NCBI GenBank assembly: GCA_963665755.1 | Contig: OY762445.1 | Location: 3,686,590 to 3,750,589 of the forward strand | DNA from: a bacterium | GTDB taxonomy: Bacteria > JAAXHH01 | Direction: 5' to 3' | Length of the DNA stretch: 64,000 nucleotides | Shown here: positions 37,734-47,837 of the stretch, in pieces | Position numbering within the stretch: position 1 is the stretch's first letter | Layout of the letters: each line of letters opens with the position of its first letter | Notes under the pieces: generated by a model | What the model was told of the DNA's origin: nothing | What the model saw: only the letters and a program-made list of their open reading frames with translations | Databases searched by the model: none | Made by a program: the position numbers and the translations under genes

Positions 37734-39547
37734 TATCTGTTCTCCTCGATGATCGCTGCCAGGTCCTCCCTGATGGACTGGACCGGAACGCGGTTGATCA
37801 CCATTTCGCCTTCTTCATTCCTGTGCTGGGTAATGTTGATGCTTCCGAATTCCTCGTCCTTGTCCTCGTAGTCCTCGCGGAAGTGGGCGCCCCGGCTCTC
37901 CTTCCTTTCCAGCGCGGCGCGTGCCACCGCCTCCGACACGATCATCAGGAACTTGAGATCCAGCGCGGTATGCCAGCCGGGATTGTATTCCCGGTTTCCG
38001 ATGACAGAGACTTTCTGCGCCCGCTGCCTGAGTTCGTCGATCACTTCCAGCGCCTTCTGCATGTCCCCTTCGTTTCGAACGATGCCGACGAGCTCCTGCA
38101 TCCGGTCCTGCAGCTCGTACTGGATGTCGAAGGGATTCTCGCCGCTGTTCTCCCGGTCGAAGGGCGCCAGGGTCTCACCGACGGCCGCTTCGACCTGGCC
38201 GTCGTCGATGGTCCCGTTCCCGTTCTCACGGGCGAACTCCGCCGCGTACCGGCCGGCGCGCTGTCCGAACACCAGCAGGTCGGAAAGGGAATTGCCACCC
38301 AGCCGATTGGCGCCGTGCAGGCCCGCGGCGCATTCCCCGGCGGCGAATAGACCGGGCACGGTAGACATCTGCGTGTCGGCGTCCACGAGCACGCCGCCCA
38401 TCACGTAATGGGTGGTGGGGCCTACTTCCATGGCCTCCTTCGTGATGTCGATGTCGGCCAGTTGCTTGAACTGGTGATACATGCTGGGCAGCTTGCGCTT
38501 GATGTGTTCTTCGGCGTTCGGGAGTTTTTCCTTGATCCAGGCGATGTCGAGGTATACGCCGTCGTGGGGCGACCCGCGGCCTTCCCGGATCTCCCGGACG
38601 ATGCACCGCGCCACGTGGTCACGCGTCAGCAGTTCCGGCGGACGACGGGCCTCCTTGTCTCCCTGGGTGTATATCCAGCCCTCTTCGGGACTGTCCGCAG
38701 TCTGGTTCTTGTACAGGTCCGGGATATCGTCGAACATGAACCGATTGCCTTCGCTGTTCGTCAGGATGCCGCCCTCGCCGCGGACGCCTTCCGTGACCAG
38801 GATGCCCCGCACGCTCGGCGGCCAGACCATGCCCGTCGGGTGGAACTGGACGAATTCCATGTCCAGCAGCTCGGCCCCGGCTTCGTAGGCCAGTCCGTGG
38901 CCGTCTCCCGTGTATTCCCAGCTGTTGCTCGTGATCTTGAAGGCCCGGCCGATGCCGCCCGTTGCCAGGACGACCGCCTTGGCGCGAAAGACCCGAAAAC
39001 GTCCCCGTTCCCGGTCGTACCCGAAAGCGCCGACGACCCGGTCTCCGTCCTTCAGCAGGGCCACGATGGCGTGTTCCATGTACACTTCCATACCCTGGTG
39101 GATCCCATAATCCTGCAGGGTCCGTATCATCTCCAGCCCGGTCCGGTCGCCCACGTGGGCCAGCCGGGGATACTTGTGCCCCCCGAAGTTGCGCTGCAGT
39201 ATGCGGCCGTCGTCCGTTCGGTCGAACAGGGCGCCCCAGGCTTCCAGCTCCCGCACGCGGTCCGGCGCTTCCCTGGCGTGCAGCTCGGCCATGCGCCAGT
39301 TGCTCAGGTACTGGCCACCCCGCATCGTGTCGGCGAAATGCACGCTCCAGCCGTCCCGGTCGTCCACGTTGGCCAGCGCCGCCGCGACCCCGCCTTCGGC
39401 CATGACCGTATGGGCTTTGCCCAGCAGGGATTTGCACACCAGACCTACCGAAACTCCGGCCGACGAGGCCTCGATCGCCGCCCGGAGCCCTGCCCCGCCG
39501 GCGCCGATCACCAGTACGTCGTGTTCATGATGCTGGTATTCCGCCAT
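37733..39547 (-). CDS. sdhA: Succinate dehydrogenase flavoprotein subunit
   Basis: FAD-binding GAGGAG, HTVMAEGG and HYVMGG motifs. Start at MAEYQHH. The listed 851-aa ORF is an in-frame upstream extension that overlaps sdhC in a different frame. Confidence 0.92.
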   Translation of the reverse strand: MAEYQHHEHDVLVIGAGGAGLRAAIEASSAGVSVGLVCKSLLGKAHTVMAEGGVAAALANVDDRDGWSVHFADTMRGGQYLSNWRMAELHAREAPDRVRELEAWGALFDRTDDGRILQRNFGGHKYPRLAHVGDRTGLEMIRTLQDYGIHQGMEVYMEHAIVALLKDGDRVVGAFGYDRERGRFRVFRAKAVVLATGGIGRAFKITSNSWEYTGDGHGLAYEAGAELLDMEFVQFHPTGMVWPPSVRGILVTEGVRGEGGILTNSEGNRFMFDDIPDLYKNQTADSPEEGWIYTQGDKEARRPPELLTRDHVARCIVREIREGRGSPHDGVYLDIAWIKEKLPNAEEHIKRKLPSMYHQFKQLADIDITKEAMEVGPTTHYVMGGVLVDADTQMSTVPGLFAAGECAAGLHGANRLGGNSLSDLLVFGQRAGRYAAEFARENGNGTIDDGQVEAAVGETLAPFDRENSGENPFDIQYELQDRMQELVGIVRNEGDMQKALEVIDELRQRAQKVSVIGNREYNPGWHTALDLKFLMIVSEAVARAALERKESRGAHFREDYEDKDEEFGSINITQHRNEEGEMVINRVPVQSIREDLAAIIEENR

Positions 39548-40350
39548 TAAAGAATTCTCCAATCCGTCCACACGCCCATGGCCACGAGGCGTACGTATAT
39601 ATCCGAGAAACCGACCCATACCAGGCTGAGCCAGGCCCAGGTCATGTGTCCCCGGTTCAAGCACGAGACGCAGTTGTAACCCGCATGCCGGACGGGCGCT
39701 TTGGACAGATGATCCAGGTACCCGCCGATCAGGTGCCGCAGTGAGTGGCAGCCGAATTGGTAGCCGCCCAGCAGGACGACGTTCAAGGTCAACACAATGG
39801 TTCCGACGCCTATGCCGAATGTAGCCTCGCCCGTCGCCGCATCCGTGAACCACAAGGCCTTCCATGCGTCCTGGACCAGGAAGATCCAGATGATGAACAC
39901 CAGGTAAAGGAAGTATCGGTGAATGTTCTGCATGATCAACGGGAAGGATTGCTCCCCGCGGTACTTCTTCCTCGGTTCGGAAACGCTGCAGGACGGAGGA
40001 TCGGCCCAGAAAGCCTTGTAGTAGGCGCCCCGGTAGTAATAGCAGGTAATCCGGAATCCAGCCGGCGCCCACAGGATCAGGAAGGCAGGTGAAAACGGTA
40101 GCAAGGCTGGCCACCATGCGGGTTTGGGACCGAACAGGGCATGGGACGAACTGCCGAAAATCTCGGGAGAATAAAAGGGCGACAGGTAAGGGCCCCAGGC
40201 GTAGAACTCGCCCTGGAAGGCCGCCCAGGTTGAGTAGACGACAAAGGCGGAGAATACGCCGAAGGTCAGTAATTGCTGCGCCCACCATGCGTCTCTGCGT
40301 TGCGTCTGACCAAAACCGCTCGTCTTCAGCGAAACACCGGTTGTCGACAT
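39547..40350 (-). CDS. sdhC: Succinate dehydrogenase cytochrome b subunit (five transmembrane helices, b558-like)
   Basis: 267 aa membrane protein with conserved His residues, directly upstream of sdhA with a TAATG stop/start overlap. Confidence 0.75.
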   Translation of the reverse strand: MSTTGVSLKTSGFGQTQRRDAWWAQQLLTFGVFSAFVVYSTWAAFQGEFYAWGPYLSPFYSPEIFGSSSHALFGPKPAWWPALLPFSPAFLILWAPAGFRITCYYYRGAYYKAFWADPPSCSVSEPRKKYRGEQSFPLIMQNIHRYFLYLVFIIWIFLVQDAWKALWFTDAATGEATFGIGVGTIVLTLNVVLLGGYQFGCHSLRHLIGGYLDHLSKAPVRHAGYNCVSCLNRGHMTWAWLSLVWVGFSDIYVRLVAMGVWTDWRIL

Positions 40351-40584
40351 AGGCTATCCTCTTGAATCCAGCGCACCGAACAACTGAATTTCACGGACAA
40401 AACACATTAGCGCAAAATAGACCGGCGAAGGCCGCAATGCAATAGAAAAATGATCTCGCTTCCGCCATGGTTTCGGCATGCTGCCCATCCGCAACAACGG
40501 GATAAAACAATGGCCGGATCGGCCCGTCGGGCGATATATTGAAACCCTGTTTCGTTACCCGACGCCGGAACGCCCGGTTCTGTC

Positions 40585-42576
40585 ATGCCGGGCAGACAAG
40601 GAAGCCGATCTCACCCGATGCCAGCCGACTCGTCACAGGACGCACGCTCCCCGCGCAACCCGACCGGCATCACGCCCCGTGTACTGATCCTGGGGGGCGT
40701 TCTGGCCGTATTCATCGCTATCTGGACGCCCCACACCAATTACGTGATGCATGGCCCGAGGCTCACCCTGAGCCATATCTCTATCGCGGCCCTGGTTTCC
40801 TTTCTCATGGTGATCTTCTGTATGCAGATCCCCCTTCGCAGGTGGCGGCCCGCCCAGGCGTTCTCCGCTAGCGAACTGGCCGTGCTGTTCGTCTTCTGTC
40901 TCGTCTCGTCGACGATTCCGGGCAAAGCCTTCGTGGACTACTTTATCGGAATCCTCGCCTCTCCTTACTATTACGTTACGCCGGAGAACCGGTGGGCGGA
41001 TACCTTCTTTCCCCATCTGCCCGGATGGCTGGTCGTCCGGGACGACCTGGGAGCCGCGACGGGGTTCTACGAAGGCGCCGGCCAGAGCATCATCCTGTGG
41101 GTCGAATGGATCGTTCCCCTGTTCTGGTGGATGTGCATGCTGGCGGCGCTGTTCGTGGTCATGGCCTGCATTTCGGTGATCTTTCGCAAGCAGTGGGTCG
41201 AGCACGAGCGGTTGTCCTTTCCCGCGGTCCAGATACCCTCGATGCTCATCAGGGAGACGACCCGGGGCGGACTGGTACCGGGATTAGTGACGAACCGGTA
41301 CTTCCAGGTGGGATTCGGGGTCACCTTCGCCCTGCTGGCGTGGAACTGCCTCGCCTATTTCGGCATATTCCCCGCCATTCCCGTTGGCGCCGCTTTTCGG
41401 ACGGAGATTCAACTGGCGCCTTCCGTTCCCCCGACCCAGGTGCAGTTCAACCTCTTCATGATGTGCTTCGCCTATTTCGCCGACTTGAAGGTGTTGTTCA
41501 GCATCTGGTTTTTCCACCTGCTCGCCCTGCTGGAGATCGGTCTGCTCAATCAATTGGGCGTATCGGCGTCCGGCGTGGCGGGCGGCTCGCAGTTCATCGT
41601 AAAGACGGAGCACTTCGGCGGGTTCTGGGTATTCGTCCTGTGGGGCATATGGATCGGCAGAAACCACCTGAAGGCGGTCTGGCGCAAGGCCCTGGGAGGC
41701 GCGCCGGAGGTCGACGACTCCATGGAACTGCTGTCCTATCGCACGGCCGCGGGGGGACTGGCCGCCGGCCTGTGCTATTTGCTTTTCTGGCTTAACAGCA
41801 TGGGCATGTCGGTCGACGTGGCCGTCCTCTTCCTCCTGATCACGCTTGCGCTCTACGTCGGCGTCACCCGCATCGTCGCCGAGACGGGGCTCGTTTTCCT
41901 CGATCTGCCGGTCAACTCGAACGAAATGACGGTGGCCGTCATCGGTTCGAGCAACCTGTCGCCTTCGAATCTCACGTCCCTCGGACTGACCCACGCCATC
42001 TCCCACAACCACCGGGGCATCGGCCTGTCTTCGCTGATTCACGGCGTGAAGGCCTCCGAAGGCTTCGCCCGGTCGAGGAAAGGACTGTTCGCCGCGGTGT
42101 GCGTTCTGCTTGCGCTCACGTTCATCGTCACGAACGGCTACACCATATACGCCGGGGCGACCGGCACCGGGGCCCATGATTTCGCGCCGCTTCGAGCCGA
42201 TAACTTCTACGACCAGCTGGCCACCTGGTTCAACAATCCCTACACCCTGTCCTACGAGGAAATCTATTTCCTGCTCCTGGGCGCGGTCATTACCTGCGGT
42301 CTCCTGTTCATGCAGTACCATTTCGCCGGCTGGCCCTTCCATCCCATCGGCTACATCGTGGCCTACGCCGACATCATCAACTTCGAAATCACGTCGATCT
42401 TCATGATCTGGCTGATCAAGGGGCTGCTGCTGAGGCTGGGCGGGTTCGACATGTACCGGAGGATGCAGCCTGCCGTGATCGGCGTGCTGCTGGGCTACGC
42501 GGCGGGCGTGACCCTGTCTCTTGCCGTCGATGTCATCTGGTTTCCCGGCCAGGGGCACAACGTGCACAACTGGTAG
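40585..42576 (+). CDS. Uncharacterized polytopic membrane protein, about 650 aa (paralog A)
   Basis: At least 12 hydrophobic helices. Shared motifs with the paralog at 42752-44683: SPENxW, LFWWM, FRKQWVEHERLSFP and LEIGLLN. The start may be at the MPADSS Met (40618). Confidence 0.6.
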   Translation: MPGRQGSRSHPMPADSSQDARSPRNPTGITPRVLILGGVLAVFIAIWTPHTNYVMHGPRLTLSHISIAALVSFLMVIFCMQIPLRRWRPAQAFSASELAVLFVFCLVSSTIPGKAFVDYFIGILASPYYYVTPENRWADTFFPHLPGWLVVRDDLGAATGFYEGAGQSIILWVEWIVPLFWWMCMLAALFVVMACISVIFRKQWVEHERLSFPAVQIPSMLIRETTRGGLVPGLVTNRYFQVGFGVTFALLAWNCLAYFGIFPAIPVGAAFRTEIQLAPSVPPTQVQFNLFMMCFAYFADLKVLFSIWFFHLLALLEIGLLNQLGVSASGVAGGSQFIVKTEHFGGFWVFVLWGIWIGRNHLKAVWRKALGGAPEVDDSMELLSYRTAAGGLAAGLCYLLFWLNSMGMSVDVAVLFLLITLALYVGVTRIVAETGLVFLDLPVNSNEMTVAVIGSSNLSPSNLTSLGLTHAISHNHRGIGLSSLIHGVKASEGFARSRKGLFAAVCVLLALTFIVTNGYTIYAGATGTGAHDFAPLRADNFYDQLATWFNNPYTLSYEEIYFLLLGAVITCGLLFMQYHFAGWPFHPIGYIVAYADIINFEITSIFMIWLIKGLLLRLGGFDMYRRMQPAVIGVLLGYAAGVTLSLAVDVIWFPGQGHNVHNW

Positions 42577-42672
42577 CTTGCCCGGGTGTCGGCGCCCGCC
42601 GGAATATCCCGGTGAAGCGCGGGGTTGTCTGTCGAAGCTACGGCGATCACCCGGGATCAAAGAGGGAACCGC

Positions 42673-42726
42673 GGCCAGGGCGATCGGGGCGGCCAGGGCG
42701 ATCGGGGCGGCCAGGGCGATCGGGGC
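42673..42726. repeat. Perfect tandem repeat, 3 x 18 bp (GGCCAGGGCGATCGGGGC)
   Basis: Lies in the 175-bp spacer between the convergent paralogous membrane-protein genes. Confidence 0.9.
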
Positions 42727-42751
42727 GGACTGGTGTACAGGGCGGTCCCGG

Positions 42752-44683
42752 CTAGAAAATCTCGGCGATATGGGGGGTGTCGGGGAAATACACTGTATCG
42801 ACGACGTAGGCGGCCAGGACCCCGACGGCATAACCCACGAGAATCCCCAGGAACAGGGGCTGGGCCTTCCGGTACAACCCGACGCCGCCGACACGGAGGA
42901 GGATGACCTGCACGATCCATGCGACGAAGAGGGTGAAGACGACCCCCCTGATGGGTCCCGATGCGCCGATGGCGAATCCGATGGGATTGAGCGGCCACCA
43001 GTAAAAGAGGTACCTGCCCAGGGCCAGCAGCGTGCTGATGGCCATACCCGCCGCGAGGAACAGGATTTCGAGGGTGGAGATCTGCGTGGCGTTCTTCATC
43101 CACTTCACCACCAGGTCGAAGAACAGGTTCCCCGTGTTGCGCAGGTTGATGTGGAGGTTGTCCGCCCCTTCCGCGTAACCGGAGTAGACGACGTATCCCG
43201 TCGAGATCGCCGTCCCGGCAATAAAAGCGAGACATACCAGCAGGAAGAACCGTCCCCGGTTTTCCCCGAGATAGTCGCGCCACCAGGCGACGTGGGAAAG
43301 ACCGACCATGGTGAAGGTGCGCCAGTTCCGCGCGAAGGCGTTGGTCAGTCCGAGACCGGTCAGCGTCGACCCCGAAAGGCTGGCCGACCCCACCATCCCC
43401 ACCGTGAAGGCGTGGGCGTTGATGGGCAGGTCGAGGTTGATCAGGCCCGCTTCGGCGAGGACGCGGGCAATACCGAAATAGAATACCAGGAGGAAGAAAA
43501 GAAAGAGCAGCGCGACGGGGATGGAGAAACCGATGGCGCTGAGCCAGGCGGTCATGAAGAGCACGCCCAGGACCAGGCCGACGACCGCCGTGCGGTAGGA
43601 GAACAGTTCATCTTCGTCCCGCAGGTCGCTCTCCCTCCCGAGGGACTTCCGCAGGACGTTGCGGATGTGTTTCCGGGCCATCCAGCCGCCGATCAGGGCA
43701 AACATGATCAGTCCGCCGCAGAATTGGATGGATACCAGCCCGCCGGGAACGATCGTCTCGGCGGGTGATACCACGCCGATGCGGTTCAGCAGGCCGATTT
43801 CAAGGATGCCCAGGACCTGGAACAACCAGACGCTGAAGAGGATCTCGACGTTGACGAAAAAGGCGAAGCACAGGACGTAGGGCACGAGGCGTATGGCGAT
43901 GGGCGGGAAGGCCGGGTCGATGACCACGTTGAATACCGGGCCGGGCAGGGGGATGTGGGGCAGCACGCCCCAGAATCCGATGATGTTCCAGGTCATGATG
44001 GCCAGGCTGGCCGCGAAACCGACCTGGAAAAGCCGGTTTCCGAAGAGGGACGGCCATCTCCCGGGCGTGTTCCCGTCGGTTTCGACCAGGCGCAGGATGA
44101 CCTCGCCCATGGGGAAACGGAGCCGCTCGTGTTCCACCCACTGTTTCCGGAAGATCACGACCAGGCAGGCGCCGATGAAGAGCAGCGTGCCCAGGGCCGA
44201 CATCCACCAGAAGAGCGGTATGACCCAGTCCTGCCACGGAATTGGCAGTCCGGAAGGCCGCCCCTCGAAGAAATCCGAGACTTGCCCCTTGTCGTTGGGG
44301 ATGACCGCCCATTCCGGCAAGTACGCGAAAAAGTGGGCCTCCCACTGGTTCTCCGGACTCGCGAAGTAATGGGGCGCGGTGATTACGCTGATGAGATATC
44401 GGACCATGCCCCAGTCCGGCACCATGGCCGCGATCAGTCCCATGGCGAAAATGACCAGGAGTTCCGGCCTCGTCAGTGCGGCGTCCCGGTATATTAAACG
44501 GATCAGTGTGTTCGGCAGCAGGACCAGGAAAAGGAAGGGAATGACCAGACTAAGCGGCATCTGGGGGAAGGTCAGATAGTTGTAGTTCAGCTGTGCTGAG
44601 GCGTATTGTCCCCAGAAAGCGACGCAGCACGCGAAGGCCAGGCCCAGGACGGCCGTTTTGAGGGATATGGGTTTCACGGTCAT
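42752..44683 (-). CDS. Uncharacterized polytopic membrane protein, about 640 aa (paralog B)
   Basis: Same motif set as paralog A (FRKQWVEHERLRFP, LFWWM, SPENQW, LEIGLLNR). Start placed at the MTVKP Met to avoid overlapping the upstream SDR gene. Confidence 0.6.
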   Translation of the reverse strand: MTVKPISLKTAVLGLAFACCVAFWGQYASAQLNYNYLTFPQMPLSLVIPFLFLVLLPNTLIRLIYRDAALTRPELLVIFAMGLIAAMVPDWGMVRYLISVITAPHYFASPENQWEAHFFAYLPEWAVIPNDKGQVSDFFEGRPSGLPIPWQDWVIPLFWWMSALGTLLFIGACLVVIFRKQWVEHERLRFPMGEVILRLVETDGNTPGRWPSLFGNRLFQVGFAASLAIMTWNIIGFWGVLPHIPLPGPVFNVVIDPAFPPIAIRLVPYVLCFAFFVNVEILFSVWLFQVLGILEIGLLNRIGVVSPAETIVPGGLVSIQFCGGLIMFALIGGWMARKHIRNVLRKSLGRESDLRDEDELFSYRTAVVGLVLGVLFMTAWLSAIGFSIPVALLFLFFLLVFYFGIARVLAEAGLINLDLPINAHAFTVGMVGSASLSGSTLTGLGLTNAFARNWRTFTMVGLSHVAWWRDYLGENRGRFFLLVCLAFIAGTAISTGYVVYSGYAEGADNLHINLRNTGNLFFDLVVKWMKNATQISTLEILFLAAGMAISTLLALGRYLFYWWPLNPIGFAIGASGPIRGVVFTLFVAWIVQVILLRVGGVGLYRKAQPLFLGILVGYAVGVLAAYVVDTVYFPDTPHIAEIF

Positions 44684-44711
44684 GCCTGGTCTAGCCCGGT
44701 CAAACCGGAAG

Positions 44712-45491
44712 TCATTCCTGGATGGAGGCTGTGCCGCGCTTGAGCCAGAAGCCCCCGTCGACACGCAGGACTTCCCCGGTGATGTAGTCCGCCGCGTCGG
44801 AACACAGGAAGGTGGCCGCCTTGCCCAGGTCCTCGATCGTGCCCATCCGGCCCCAGGGCAGCCGCCTGCCGCCTTCCTCCAGTTCCTGCTCCGTCGAGTA
44901 CTGGCGTTCGCCCGGCGTGTCGGTCCATCCCGGTTCGATCACGTTCACGCGGATGCGGTGCTCCAGCAGTTCCAGGGCGATGATTGCGGCCATGTGGTTC
45001 ATGCCGGCCTTGGCGGACGAATAGGACAGGGAGGTGGGGAAGGGGAGAAAGGACATGACCGAGCTGATGAAGAGGATACTGCCGCCCTTCTTCGCGTCCA
45101 CCATCTTCCGGGCGCCCGACTGCGCGACATGGAAAGCGCCGAAGAGGCTGACTTCGTAAGTTTTCTTCATTTCGTCCACGTCCATTACGAGAAAAGGCTC
45201 CCTCGTGGAATAGTAGGCGTTGGCCACCACGATATCGGGTCCGCCGAGTTCCTTCGCCGTCTGATCCACCATGGCGTCCACGGCGGACCGGTCGGAGGCG
45301 TCCGTGCCGACCAGGATCGCCCGCCGGCCCATCGCCCTGATTTCCTCGGCGACGGCCTCGCCGTCGTCCCGGTGGCGGAAGTAGTTGACGGTGACGTCCG
45401 CCCCGGCCCGGGCCATTTGCAGGGCGATGCCTTTGCCGATGCCCCGGGACGAACCGCTGATCAGCGCTGTCTTGCCCTTCAAGTCGATCAT
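44712..45491 (-). CDS. SDR-family oxidoreductase (3-oxoacyl-ACP reductase-like)
   Basis: SGSSRGIG Rossmann motif and a YSSAK catalytic motif. Confidence 0.85.
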   Translation of the reverse strand: MIDLKGKTALISGSSRGIGKGIALQMARAGADVTVNYFRHRDDGEAVAEEIRAMGRRAILVGTDASDRSAVDAMVDQTAKELGGPDIVVANAYYSTREPFLVMDVDEMKKTYEVSLFGAFHVAQSGARKMVDAKKGGSILFISSVMSFLPFPTSLSYSSAKAGMNHMAAIIALELLEHRIRVNVIEPGWTDTPGERQYSTEQELEEGGRRLPWGRMGTIEDLGKAATFLCSDAADYITGEVLRVDGGFWLKRGTASIQE

Positions 45492-45666
45492 GGTTCCCTC
45501 GAATCATAATACGTGGTGACCGGTGCGAATGACCCGAGCGCCCGCGCGATCGGGGGTGCCTGCGAGATCGAGATCGGCCGCACGATCGGGAGCGGTTGAA
45601 CCTTCAAGCGTGCCCGCGCGATCAAGCGTGACAGCGCGATCGGGATCGACTACTCTGGGATCGGTT

Positions 45667-46428
45667 TCAAAGCCCCATGGCATTCATGTTGCGGTAGCTG
45701 ACGGCGATACTGTCGAAGGGGTCGCCGGCGCAGGTGTCCTGTTCGACGACGTACCACTGGGACCCCGCGGCCTCGCAGGCAGCGACGATGCCGGACCAGT
45801 TCATGTTGCCCTCGCCGATCTCGGCCATCACCTGTTCCCGTCCCGATACGCCCAGGTCCTTGAAATGGATGACCGGGCACCGGTCCCGTACCCGGCCGAT
45901 CCAGTGTATGGGGTCGCCGCCGCCGTACTGGATCCAGTAGGTGTCGATTTCAAAGCACAGGGCGGGGTCGCTCTCTTCCACGAGGATGGCCAGCCCGGTT
46001 CGATCGCCCACCCGCACGAGTTCGGTGTGGTGGTTGTGGTAGCTGAAGGACATGCCCGCTTCCTTCAACCCGAGGGCCACGGCAGACGCGTCCACCGCGA
46101 ACCGCGAGAAACCGTCCGGATCGTCCCAGTAGGATCTCGGCATGGACCCGACGGCGATATGCTCACATCCCCAGAGGCGGTGTTCGGCGGCGACTTCATC
46201 CGGTTTTTCCTGCAGCCGTTCGAAGGGTACGTGCGTGGCGCAGACTTGCAGGCCGGCGTCCCGGATCATGGCGCCGAGTTCCGCGGGATCGACGGGACCC
46301 AGGGCCGATAACTGTATGTGGTCGTAGCCGATGGACTTGACTCTCTTCAGAGTGTCCGCGATATCGGCCGGCGTCTGCACGAAGTCGCGTAAAGTATAGA
46401 GTGTGACGGCGATCTTGCTGTCTGGCAT
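45667..46428 (-). CDS. Sugar phosphate isomerase/epimerase (xylose isomerase-like TIM barrel)
   Basis: AP-endonuclease-2/xylose-isomerase-like fold. Start placed at the internal Met with an upstream GGAGAG. Confidence 0.75.
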   Translation of the reverse strand: MPDSKIAVTLYTLRDFVQTPADIADTLKRVKSIGYDHIQLSALGPVDPAELGAMIRDAGLQVCATHVPFERLQEKPDEVAAEHRLWGCEHIAVGSMPRSYWDDPDGFSRFAVDASAVALGLKEAGMSFSYHNHHTELVRVGDRTGLAILVEESDPALCFEIDTYWIQYGGGDPIHWIGRVRDRCPVIHFKDLGVSGREQVMAEIGEGNMNWSGIVAACEAAGSQWYVVEQDTCAGDPFDSIAVSYRNMNAMGL

Positions 46429-46439
46429 CCATCTCTCCT

Positions 46440-47837
46440 TCATTTTTCCAGAGGTTCAAAAGCAGGCGAATCATCCTCCCATGCGCCGCCGACCGGACGA
46501 AGTTGTCCGAGTCCTGTAACGGGCCGCAGCCGCCCGTCACGTTCCGGATCGACGTATCGTTCGAACCAGCCTTCCAATTCGCCACGGAGCGATCTGCATC
46601 GGCCGGCATATCCGGCATCGTCCGCGAGGTTGGCCCGTTCGTCCGGGTCATTCTCCAGGTCGTACAGTTCGTTCGGGCCCTCGGGATACCGGTGCACGTA
46701 CTTCCACGATTCGGTGCGGATCATGCGCGTGCCGCCGTATTCGTCGAAAATCACCACATGGTCCCGGCCGGCATCGTCCCGGCCCGTCCAGGCGTCCAGG
46801 GTGTTCCGCCCCGGCAGGTTGCGGTCCCAGGGTACGGGCAGGTCCAGGTACGACAGCAACGTGGGCATGAAGTCGTAAGCGCTGATCATGGCCCCTTGCA
46901 CGAATCCTTCGGGCAGGCGTCCTGGCTGGCTGACCAGGGCGGGTACCCGGATGGAGTTCTCGTACATGTTCAACGGGTTCGTCCCGTTTCCCTTCCCCCA
47001 GAATCCGTGGTGTCCCAGGCTGAAACCGTTGTCGCTCAGGAAGATAACCAGGGTGTTTTCGCGGATGCCGTGCCGGTCGAGCCGGTCAAGCAGGCGGCCT
47101 ACGTCGAGGTCCATGGCCGTGACGGCCGCGAAGTAGCCCTTCAGGCTTTCGCGGTCGCCCATGCATTCGCGGGTCAGGCCGCCGGCCCAGGGGTGGATGG
47201 GTTCCTGCGGACAGGATGCGAAGGGGCAGTCGTCGTAGGAGTCGACGATGTCCTGCGGATGGCCCGTCCACGGGCTGTGCGGTGCGGTGTAATGGACACC
47301 GAGGTAGAACGGTTCTTCCTGGTTGGCGTGGCGGTCGATAAAGGCGAGGGCGTCGTCGGTAATGACGTTCGTGACGTATCCCGGTTCGTTGACCGGGACG
47401 CCGTCGCGCACCATGGGGGCGTTGTTGTAGGGCCCGCCGCCGAACTGGTGGGCGAACCAGTGGGAAAACCCATGCTGGGACAGGGTGCTGTTGCCCAGGT
47501 GCCACTTGCCGCTGAGGCCGCATCGCCACCCGTGGGCCGCGAGCACATCGGTGTACGCCGTTTCTCCTTCGAGGTATGAAGCCGCGTCCTCCCCGACGTT
47601 GCCACCCCGGATCCAGTCGTGCACGCCGTGCTGGGAGGCGATTCGGCCGGTCAGCAGCGTCGCGCGGCTGGGCGAGCAGACGGGCGTGGCCACGAAGAAC
47701 CGGTCGAAGCGCACCCCGGTCTGCGCGATCCGGTCGATGTTCGGCGTGCGTATTTCGGAATTGCCGTAGCAGCCCGCCGCCCAGACGCCCTGGTCGTCGG
47801 TAAGGATGCAAAGCACGTTCGGTCGGTATGAAGCCAT
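46440..47837 (-). CDS. Sulfatase (formylglycine-dependent arylsulfatase-like)
   Basis: CSPSRATLLTGR contains CxPxR; GKWHLG; IFLSDNG. Confidence 0.88.
   Translation of the reverse strand: MASYRPNVLCILTDDQGVWAAGCYGNSEIRTPNIDRIAQTGVRFDRFFVATPVCSPSRATLLTGRIASQHGVHDWIRGGNVGEDAASYLEGETAYTDVLAAHGWRCGLSGKWHLGNSTLSQHGFSHWFAHQFGGGPYNNAPMVRDGVPVNEPGYVTNVITDDALAFIDRHANQEEPFYLGVHYTAPHSPWTGHPQDIVDSYDDCPFASCPQEPIHPWAGGLTRECMGDRESLKGYFAAVTAMDLDVGRLLDRLDRHGIRENTLVIFLSDNGFSLGHHGFWGKGNGTNPLNMYENSIRVPALVSQPGRLPEGFVQGAMISAYDFMPTLLSYLDLPVPWDRNLPGRNTLDAWTGRDDAGRDHVVIFDEYGGTRMIRTESWKYVHRYPEGPNELYDLENDPDERANLADDAGYAGRCRSLRGELEGWFERYVDPERDGRLRPVTGLGQLRPVGGAWEDDSPAFEPLEK

Noticed and set aside
37733-40288. 851-aa minus-strand ORF suggesting an N-terminally extended SdhA
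   Set aside because: SdhA begins at the internal MAEYQHH (ATG at 39547), with a GAGGAG FAD motif immediately after. The upstream 245 codons overlap the real sdhC gene in another frame and have no flavoprotein similarity.
41284-42894. 536-aa minus-strand ORF and several 180-270-aa ORFs inside the membrane-protein pair
   Set aside because: Antisense or out of frame relative to the two hydrophobic paralogs, whose transmembrane periodicity and shared motifs identify the true frames.
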